Positions 58,401-64,000 of a DNA stretch of 64,000 bases are shown one piece after another. The DNA is from an uncultured Bacilli bacterium (GTDB taxonomy: Bacteria; Bacillota_I; Bacilli_A; RF39; UBA660). The DNA lies in assembly GCA_947589105.1 (NCBI GenBank), contig CANQBL010000004.1, positions 898-64,897 on the forward strand, in the 5' to 3' direction. Each line of letters starts with the position of its first letter. Positions within the stretch are counted from its first letter, which is position 1. Position numbers and translations under genes: made by a program. Under the pieces are notes generated by a model. It was not told where the DNA came from, ran no database searches, and worked only from the letters and a program-made list of their open reading frames with translations.

Positions 58401-58673
58401 AGAATAAGAGCCATATACTTTATTTATACCTCTTATTTTTTTTATGTCTTCAATATCATTTTTTGTTAAGCCTAACGTTGATACTACTTTTATATCATAT
58501 AGGTTTTTTTTATCGTAATAACTATCTAGTGACTTCATCATATCAGGTGCAGCCATCTTTATTCCAACAAAAACCCCAACTCCTAATAAACTCATAATAA
58601 CAAGTGATATAAATCTTTTAAAAGAATGTTTTATTTCCCTTACACTCGTAGTATTTATTCTATTCTTTTTCAT
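55404..58673 (-). CDS. ABC transporter permease with two FtsX-type modules and a long coiled-coil extracytoplasmic insert
   Basis: N- and C-terminal 4-TM FtsX-like blocks and a central K/E/N-rich helical region. ATG 58673 follows the ATPase stop. Confidence 0.8.
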   Translation of the reverse strand: MKKNRINTTSVREIKHSFKRFISLVIMSLLGVGVFVGIKMAAPDMMKSLDSYYDKKNLYDIKVVSTLGLTKNDIEDIKKIRGINKVYGSYSKDVLVKTNKDEVVSKVISITNDINKIEVKKGRMPKKAGEIVVEESFLKKENMKIGDKINLLDGDKTFKKTSLTIVGTVKSPLYISRGTSSLKRGNTNIGSGSIDYYTYVLEDNFNISYYTEIYISLDNAKKEVTNSKEYNKLVDAALKNIERIKKNSEKRRYDEIYNQINDEIVKNETEANEKFNTYKKELDDAKITINDAKAKLDDANNYLLSSLQELNLNKEKLDQAKKTLDGYKLELSDASAKIEEAKNVINEELKDYNINYEDVKNIINMLNNLDKKAIIDMIPKELPNYDVIVDKLNKMDEQELKKLAYNIIKDPKYVDVLIMLIPKELPNYDRIITFLKLYKENQDKVTESLGKINDVINAEEEYNKNVSLYDSSLDEYNKNNSLYNTYYNEYQNGLSTYNNNLRSYNSNLNLYNSKVEEYYNSKKIFDLEIIKAKKKLDEIPKSVWYVYKRLDDSNYSSYIDDGKSVSNLSKIFPTIFFVVAILISLISMSRMVEDDRMIIGTLKSLGFSNKHIRKKYLLYSGIATLLGGILGSLLGFFILPLFIWNIYKILFDVPVFSYDFNPLNTVVGILIAIICICGTTLVTIRKVVKEKPSDLMRPKAPSNGKRVILEKIPFIWNKIKFSNKITIRNLFRYKKRVLMTVGGILGCTSLMLAGFGIRDSITGIPGKQFGEIFNFDEMIYLANDLKEDEINNMFNSNHIISKLNTKMDVSMSIDGYSVNLFVPENEKDLKKVVNLKNLKTKEPLNLEDNKVIITDKLSELTNKKVNDKITLISQDNNKYEFVISKISENYVGNYVFMNKNTYEKKIGPYNTNIVYVSLDDIKEENKFSKELLKNTNVMSIMSVNSTINNINDMLKSLNSVVLILIVLSGSLSLVILYNLSYINISERKREIATLKVLGFTDKEVDKYITKETVILTLIGICLGLIFGIFLTNVIVDTIEIEMVRFIRNIRLYSFAITSLLIILFTLIVNRVTHYTLKKIDMIESLKSVE

Positions 58674-58675
58674 GA

Positions 58676-59377
58676 TTACCACTCTATTTCATCTATTGAT
58701 TTTGGATTTTTATTAATAATGATTTCTTCAGCTTTTCCATTTTTAAATTTTATAATTTTATCAGCCATTGGCGCTATTGCAGCGTTATGAGTTATTATTA
58801 TTACGGTCATTTTTTCTTTTCTTGCGGTTTGTTCAAGTAATTTTAAAATCTGCTTACCAGTTTTATAATCTAAAGCCCCCGTTGGTTCATCACATAAAAG
58901 TAACTTAGGGTTTTTAGCAAGTGCCCTTGCTATTGCAACACGTTGTTGTTCACCACCTGATAACTGGGATGGGAAATTATCCATCCTTTTTTGTAATCCT
59001 ACTTTACTTAAAATTGTTTTAGGGTCTAAATGGTCCTTACATAATTGAACTGCAAGTTCTACATTTTCTAATGCTGTTAAATTTTGCACTAAATTATAAA
59101 ATTGAAACACAAAGCCTATATCATTTCTTCGATACATTATAAGATTTTTATTTGTATAATTAGTTATTTCTTTTTTATCTACTATAACCTTACCACTGGT
59201 TAATGAATCCATACCACCTAATATGTTAAGGCAAGTTGTTTTTCCTGCACCTGATGGTCCTAAAATAACAACAAGCTCTCCTTTTTCTATTTCAAATGAA
59301 GCCTTGTTTAAAGCTTTTATTTCGACTTCACCCATTTTATATATTTTATCTACGTTTTTAAATTCAATATATGCCAT
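58676..59377 (-). CDS. ABC transporter ATP-binding protein (MacB/LolD-type)
   Basis: GPSGAGKTT Walker [16 protein letters not shown] signature, LLLCDEPT Walker B. Confidence 0.9.
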   Translation of the reverse strand: MAYIEFKNVDKIYKMGEVEIKALNKASFEIEKGELVVILGPSGAGKTTCLNILGGMDSLTSGKVIVDKKEITNYTNKNLIMYRRNDIGFVFQFYNLVQNLTALENVELAVQLCKDHLDPKTILSKVGLQKRMDNFPSQLSGGEQQRVAIARALAKNPKLLLCDEPTGALDYKTGKQILKLLEQTARKEKMTVIIITHNAAIAPMADKIIKFKNGKAEEIIINKNPKSIDEIEW

Positions 59378-59468
59378 ATAAACACCCTCTTTAGTGATAT
59401 ATTATATAATAAAAATTTAAAAAAAGAACATTTTTTTTATTTCCATAAAAAAAACAGATAAACAACTT

Positions 59469-59936
59469 TTATCTGTTTAATAAATATATACCTAAATTTA
59501 AGTATCCCGCAAAAATAACCCATAGTAAATATGGTATTTGAAGTAAGGCTGCTTTTTTATCAATTTTATAAAATTCTATTATCATCCATATAATAGATAT
59601 TAAAAGTAAAAGTAACCATATAAATGCAAATAAATATGCTTCGAATCCGAAAAATATAAGACTCCAAATTGAATTAATTACAAGCTGAATAGCATATATC
59701 ACAAGAGCTTTATTCTTATTTGGATTATTTTTAGTTGTTATAATATAACATGATATGCTCATAAGTAAGTATAATATACTCCATACAATAGGAAACAAAA
59801 AACCAGGAACGTTTATAGGTTTTTCTAGTTCTTTAAACGCATCCATGTTATTCATCGTAAATAAGCTAAAAAAACTTCCTACTATAAATGTGATTAATAT
59901 AATGATTATTAATCTTTTCCAATTTATTTTTTTCAT
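59469..59936 (-). CDS. tspO: TspO/MBR family tryptophan-rich sensory protein
   Basis: Five TM helices with FPIVWSILYLLM, NSIWSLIFFG and PYLLWVIFAGYLN. Confidence 0.8.
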   Translation of the reverse strand: MKKINWKRLIIIILITFIVGSFFSLFTMNNMDAFKELEKPINVPGFLFPIVWSILYLLMSISCYIITTKNNPNKNKALVIYAIQLVINSIWSLIFFGFEAYLFAFIWLLLLLISIIWMIIEFYKIDKKAALLQIPYLLWVIFAGYLNLGIYLLNR

Positions 59937-59978
59937 TTCATCACCAGTTATATTATATTTATATATTCTAAATTTATA

Positions 59979-60671
59979 CTAATCATAGTAATTTTTAATA
60001 AATTTATTAGCAATTTTTTCAGAGGTTAAAATTGCCTCATCTTCATATAGATTATATTGTCTAAGCGCGTTATTATAAGCAAAATTAGAAACTACTTTAA
60101 CACCTACATAAGCAATTTTGTTTTGAAACGCAAATTGTCCAACCACACCACTTTCGACATCAACTGCTCCGGCATTATATTCTCTTCTTATACTATTTGC
60201 AAGAGAATTATTACAAACAAACATATCGCCAGATGCAATCAAATCATTACTATAATTAACACCACAAATTTGGCATGATCTTTGCATGCATTCCCTTAAA
60301 TCTTTATTGGTAGAATATATGCCTTTTGGAATATTTGGAATAACACCTGGGGAATAACCATTAGGCGAAAAATCAACATCAAATTGAATGGCACTACTAA
60401 ATACTATAGCAGAAAAGATATCATTGCTATCAGATATACTTCCAGCAGTTCCTATTTGAGCGATAACCTTAACATCATAGTTATCACACAAATACCTTAG
60501 AGTATTAGTAACATTTACCTTTCCATAACCTGTTGTTGCAATTAAAAATTGATGTTCATTATAATTACAACTATAAAGATTAATACCATCAAGAGCATTT
60601 TTTTTAGTATACTCAAACTTATTTACCAGATTACTTATGTATTTATCTTCTGGTGCAACAATTAACAGCAT
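59979..60671 (-). CDS. Nucleoside phosphorylase/MTA-SAH nucleosidase family (PNP_UDP_1) protein
   Basis: QIGTAGSIS and GAVDVESGVVGQFA motifs. Confidence 0.7.
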   Translation of the reverse strand: MLLIVAPEDKYISNLVNKFEYTKKNALDGINLYSCNYNEHQFLIATTGYGKVNVTNTLRYLCDNYDVKVIAQIGTAGSISDSNDIFSAIVFSSAIQFDVDFSPNGYSPGVIPNIPKGIYSTNKDLRECMQRSCQICGVNYSNDLIASGDMFVCNNSLANSIRREYNAGAVDVESGVVGQFAFQNKIAYVGVKVVSNFAYNNALRQYNLYEDEAILTSEKIANKFIKNYYD

Positions 60672-60750
60672 AACATTACCTCCATACTAATGTATATTTG
60701 TTTTAATTTAAATTTATTTACATAAAATTATTTTAAGAAAGGATGATTTT

Positions 60751-61386
60751 ATGGCTTATAAAGTGGCAATAGATGCCGCGGGAGGAGGAACAAATAGCGG
60801 AGCAACAGGTAATGATTTGGTTGAAAAAGATTTTTCTCTTTTAGTTTCTAAATATATTGGTGATAGATTAAGTTCGCTTGGTATTGAAAATTTTTTAATA
60901 AGAGACACGGATGAAACTTTATCTGATGAACAAAGAGTTAATATTATAAAAAATAAATACGGAACTGGCAATAACATAATAGTTATTTCAAATAGATTAA
61001 ATCCTGGATCTGGTAATGGAACAGAAATAATATATCCTCTAAGAAGTAATAGTAAGCTTGCATCTAGTATTGCTAGTAACATAGAATCTGTTGGAGGAAA
61101 CGTAACAAAATATTATCAATTAAGAAATAGTAACAATACAGCATTAGATGACGATTATTTAATAAGAAATACTAAAAATAATCAAACAATAGTAATTGAT
61201 TATGGCTATGTTAATAACGCTAGTGATGCTAATTTTCTAAAAGATAACTATGAAGCTTTAGCTGAGGCTGTTGTAAAATCTATTGCAGATTATGCTGGTG
61301 TTACATATATACCAGAAAGTTTACAAGGATATTATATAGTCCAAAAGGGGGATAAAATTTTTATGGGGAATAATAAACAAAAATAA
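60751..61386 (+). CDS. Amidase_3-like (N-acetylmuramoyl-L-alanine amidase fold) protein, probably non-catalytic, with a truncated LysM start
   Basis: IDAAGGGTNSGATG replaces the usual D.GHGG.D.GA, and ISNRLN replaces SIHxNA. The C-terminus YYIVQKGDKIF resembles the first residues of a LysM motif and then stops. Confidence 0.6.
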   Translation: MAYKVAIDAAGGGTNSGATGNDLVEKDFSLLVSKYIGDRLSSLGIENFLIRDTDETLSDEQRVNIIKNKYGTGNNIIVISNRLNPGSGNGTEIIYPLRSNSKLASSIASNIESVGGNVTKYYQLRNSNNTALDDDYLIRNTKNNQTIVIDYGYVNNASDANFLKDNYEALAEAVVKSIADYAGVTYIPESLQGYYIVQKGDKIFMGNNKQK

Positions 61387-61437
61387 AAAATTGGATTAAT
61401 TAGATAAAGATATGATATAATCTTTGTAGGAGGTTTT

Positions 61438-62055
61438 ATGCAAATAATTTTTGGAACAACTAATCAAAGGAAAACGGAGGATTTACAAAATATTATCAAT
61501 GAGATGAATTTAGACTTAGAAGTATTAAGCATGGCAGATATAGGTTGGGATAGAGGAGAAATAGAAGAAAATGGTTCTACTATTGAAGAAAATTCATTAA
61601 TTAAAGCAAAAGCTATTTTATTTTTTTGCAAAGATCACGGCATCGAATATCCAATTATAACAGATGATGCGGGTTTATTTGTAGATACTCTAAATGGAGA
61701 ACCAGGTATCTACACAGCAAGATATGCTGATGACGAACTTTCAATGAATCCCGATTTGCCAAAACATCAATGTGTTATAAAACTATTAAATAAATTAAAT
61801 GGGAAAAAGAATAGAAATGCTACTTATAAATGTTGTGTAACTATTATGATGCCTGATGGTAAGTATCATCAAGAAATTGGAGAAAGCAAAGGAACTATTG
61901 CAGAAAAAATAATTGGGGAATTAAAGAAACCATACTTTTATTCAGTATTTATTTTAGAAGGTACTAAAGTTGCTTTTAACTCTTTAAATAGAAAAGAATT
62001 AAATAATACATATAGATACAATGCATTAAGAAAATCTTTAAAGAAAATTAAATAA
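61438..62055 (+). CDS. rdgB: Non-canonical purine NTP pyrophosphatase (RdgB/HAM1 family)
   Basis: IIFGTTNQRKTEDL, EENGSTIEENSLIKA, ITDDAGL. Confidence 0.8.
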   Translation: MQIIFGTTNQRKTEDLQNIINEMNLDLEVLSMADIGWDRGEIEENGSTIEENSLIKAKAILFFCKDHGIEYPIITDDAGLFVDTLNGEPGIYTARYADDELSMNPDLPKHQCVIKLLNKLNGKKNRNATYKCCVTIMMPDGKYHQEIGESKGTIAEKIIGELKKPYFYSVFILEGTKVAFNSLNRKELNNTYRYNALRKSLKKIK

Positions 62056-62264
62056 AAAATTAATTACATCCTAAGAATTAAAATAAAATATTAAAAAATA
62101 GGATGTTTTTTTATGCTTTAATTTATTAACATTATTTATTATTTTTTTATATTATCCTACAAACAAGATAAGCAAAACATTCTATAATAATGGCTTAACT
62201 TTTTCAAATGCAAAATTACGAAGTTTAATATTATATGTTATAATACAAATTGAGGTGCAAAACA

Positions 62265-63449
62265 ATGAATAAGAAAGAGTTAATAAATAGAATTAATGAA
62301 GTTACTCAGTTTTTAGTAAATGGCGTAGTTAAAAAAAATAATTACGTATTTAATGGGCATCCTTGTTTTTATTTGCTTCATTCTAAACAAGAGTTTGAAA
62401 ATAAGTTAAAAGAGAGTGTTATTGATAAAGAAGAATATAGTAAATTTGATTTATACTATTACTTAAGCTATATGTTCAAATATATGTTACACCCTTATGA
62501 TTGTCATACCAGAGCAATGTTTATTGATAAAAAAGTCTTACCTTTAAAAGTTAGAATTATTAATGACATACCATACATTGTAGATTGTAATCAAAACTTA
62601 AATCAATTTAAGGGAAATGAAATAAAAAAAATAAATGGAGTTAATATAAATATAATTATTTCAGAATTAGAAAAAATTATATGTTACTCTTCTAAAGCTC
62701 ATTTAAAATCCATATTAGAAGAATATTTAATTAATGCTAATATACTTCAATCGTTGCCATCTTTATCAATAACAGATTCGATTGTTTTTAACTCTGGTAA
62801 TAATGAAATAAGATTTGATTTGAATAATTTGGATACATATAAGGACAAATCAAAAAAGGAAAATTATAATTTGAGTATTGTTGATGACATAGCAATAATT
62901 ACTTATAGTTCGTGTAAAGATGAAAATAAAATGAAAGACCTTGTGCACAAATTAGAAAATATAAGTGATATAAATAAATATATTGTTGATTTACGTGGAA
63001 ATGGCGGTGGTGACTCATCAATTAATAGTCATTTGGTTAAATTTTTAAATGGTAAAAAAGTTGTTACACTTTGTGATGAAAGAGTTTTTTCAAGTGCTCG
63101 TATGTGCTTAATTGATTTAAAAAATATAGGTTCTAAAATTATTGGAACAGCTCCAGGAACATCAATTAATTGCTTTGGAAATTGTGTAATGGAAAAAGAA
63201 ATTCATGATATGAATTTAGTGGTATACGGCAGTGCAACATACTGGTATTATGACGAAAATTTAGAATGTCATGGTATATATAAAAAAGACTTTGTTAAAG
63301 CATTAGAAAAGTATCCAAATCTTTTAAAATCTGTTTTTATACAAGTTGATAAAAATATAGAGTTAACACGAGAAGATTATTTAAATCAAAATGATTCAGT
63401 TATAAATTATGCTGTTGATGAATTAAAAGAAAAAAGAAAAATAATATAA
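62265..63449 (+). CDS. S41-family peptidase-like protein
   Basis: IVDLRGNGGGDS and FSSARM motifs. ATG 62265 follows a GAGGTG RBS. Confidence 0.65.
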   Translation: MNKKELINRINEVTQFLVNGVVKKNNYVFNGHPCFYLLHSKQEFENKLKESVIDKEEYSKFDLYYYLSYMFKYMLHPYDCHTRAMFIDKKVLPLKVRIINDIPYIVDCNQNLNQFKGNEIKKINGVNINIIISELEKIICYSSKAHLKSILEEYLINANILQSLPSLSITDSIVFNSGNNEIRFDLNNLDTYKDKSKKENYNLSIVDDIAIITYSSCKDENKMKDLVHKLENISDINKYIVDLRGNGGGDSSINSHLVKFLNGKKVVTLCDERVFSSARMCLIDLKNIGSKIIGTAPGTSINCFGNCVMEKEIHDMNLVVYGSATYWYYDENLECHGIYKKDFVKALEKYPNLLKSVFIQVDKNIELTREDYLNQNDSVINYAVDELKEKRKII

Positions 63450-63648
63450 TTAATGTTTTTTAGTTAATAATTGAATTAAATCATCATATTTAATAAAAAA
63501 AATTAAATACGATGATTTTTATATGTACAAAATAAAATCTAAATAATAAAATAGAATTTTTCTAATTATTAGAGTATTATAAACATATAAATTAATATTA
63601 CTAAACCAAACATCAAAGCCATAGAATTTATTGGAGGTATAAAACTCT

Positions 63649-63825
63649 ATGGTTAAATACAAGGTTAATTTAAAATTTAAAGAAAATGGTAAATCTTTAA
63701 ACGAGATAATAACTAATGTATTAAAAATCGAATTAGAAAAACAATATACGACTTGCAATATTTTAAATAAGAAGTCACCATTAAAAGTCACTTTTTATTC
63801 CCAAAATAAAAGGAGTATGAATTAA
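63649..63825 (+). CDS. Small ORF (58 aa) preceding the second serine recombinase, not in ORF track
   Basis: Own translation gives MVKYKVNLKFKENGKSLNEIITNVLKIELEKQY... behind a GGAGGT RBS. Confidence 0.4.
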   Translation: MVKYKVNLKFKENGKSLNEIITNVLKIELEKQYTTCNILNKKSPLKVTFYSQNKRSMN

Positions 63826-63830
63826 GTCTT

Positions 63831-64000
63831 ATGAATAGTAATTTTAATGTAGGACTATATATAAGATTATCAAGAGATGATGGAAATATTGAATCTGATA
63901 GTATTGTAAGTCAAAGAGCTTTACTTAATCAGTATGTAAAAGAAAACAATTATAATGTTATAGATGAGTATGTTGATGATGGTTTTACTGGGACTAATTT
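63831..64000 (+). CDS. Large serine recombinase, N-terminal fragment (continues beyond the window)
   Basis: MNSNFNVGLYIRLSRDDGNIESDSIVSQRALL...DDGFTGTN is a resolvase-domain catalytic-Ser motif. Confidence 0.8.
   Translation, partial: MNSNFNVGLYIRLSRDDGNIESDSIVSQRALLNQYVKENNYNVIDEYVDDGFTGTN

Noticed and set aside
55489-58407. + strand ORFs 55489-55734, 56296-56703, 56737-57003 and 58093-58407
   Set aside because: All lie antisense within the ABC permease gene and have hydrophobic or low-complexity products typical of AT-rich antisense frames.
4903-60278. Other antisense or embedded track ORFs: 4903-5193, 13391-13750, 15221-15451, 21791-21982, 22297-22482, 26350-26550, 28317-28535, 32584-32790, 35297-35488, 36084-36311, 38307-38618, 41406-41717, 48244-48441, 51861-52133, 52962-53210, 59755-59982, 60057-60278, 60756-61082
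   Set aside because: Each is fully contained in, or antisense to, a longer ORF with clear homology or a good RBS. None has its own translation signals.
63519-63791. 90-aa minus-strand ORF
   Set aside because: It has no RBS and an F/I/L/Y-rich product. The + strand small ORF (63649-63825), which has a GGAGGT RBS, is the better reading of this region.
1-64000. Alternative genetic code (TGA read as Trp, Mollicutes-like), considered because of the AT-richness and the Mycoplasma-like clpB/CIRCE
   Set aside because: Long ORFs are intact under code 11. TGA is used as a stop in ATGA overlaps (for example at 2570-2573). The tRNA-Trp found here has anticodon CCA, not UCA.
1-64000. CRISPR arrays, rRNA genes, IS elements with terminal inverted repeats
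   Set aside because: I saw no regularly spaced direct repeats, no rRNA-like conserved stretches and no transposase-type ORFs. The only recombinases are the two serine recombinases.

Overview
Very AT-rich Firmicutes-type DNA (Clostridia/Erysipelotrichia-like). The genetic code is standard: TGA acts as a stop, and the tRNA-Trp has a CCA anticodon. Positions 1 to ~27060 are the right-hand ~27 kb of an integrative conjugative element (ICE); its left end is outside the window. The ICE carries an XRE-type switch region, a structured leader, an ArpU/sigma-like regulator and an SSB. It also encodes a thioester-domain/Cna-B surface adhesin with its own sortase. The Gram-positive T4SS set comprises VirB6-like, PrgI/VirB3-like, a split VirB4, an M23 hydrolase and a VirD4 coupling protein. 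The transfer module has an oriT candidate, RHH/MobC accessory proteins and a His-triad relaxase. Cargo includes a restriction-modification module (two C5-methyltransferases flanking a small PD-ExK nuclease) and an ArdC-like protein. A 695-aa large serine recombinase sits at the right end, directly against a collagen-like (BclA-type) gene and a GT2-TPR glycosyltransferase. The remaining ~37 kb is chromosomal. It includes mnmA, ddl, tRNA-His, dinB, rsmI, an N-domain-less clpB under a CIRCE operator, a polyprenyl synthase, a VanY-like peptidase, cdd and tRNA-Trp. It also holds an ECF sigma operon, a MacB-type ABC transporter, tspO, rdgB and an S41 peptidase, and it ends in the 5' end of a second serine recombinase. 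The most notable observations are listed here. (1) An orphan glmS ribozyme is followed by only a 20-codon glmS stub. (2) The ICE-collagen gene junction suggests a gene-intervening element. (3) VirB4 is split by a TAATG overlap. (4) Three ICE genes have perfect ribosome-binding sites but apparently ATA start codons. (5) Two families of repeated promoter/operator boxes occur in the ICE. (6) The oriT candidate contains an IncP-type ATCCTG/C nick motif. No CRISPR array and no rRNA were seen.
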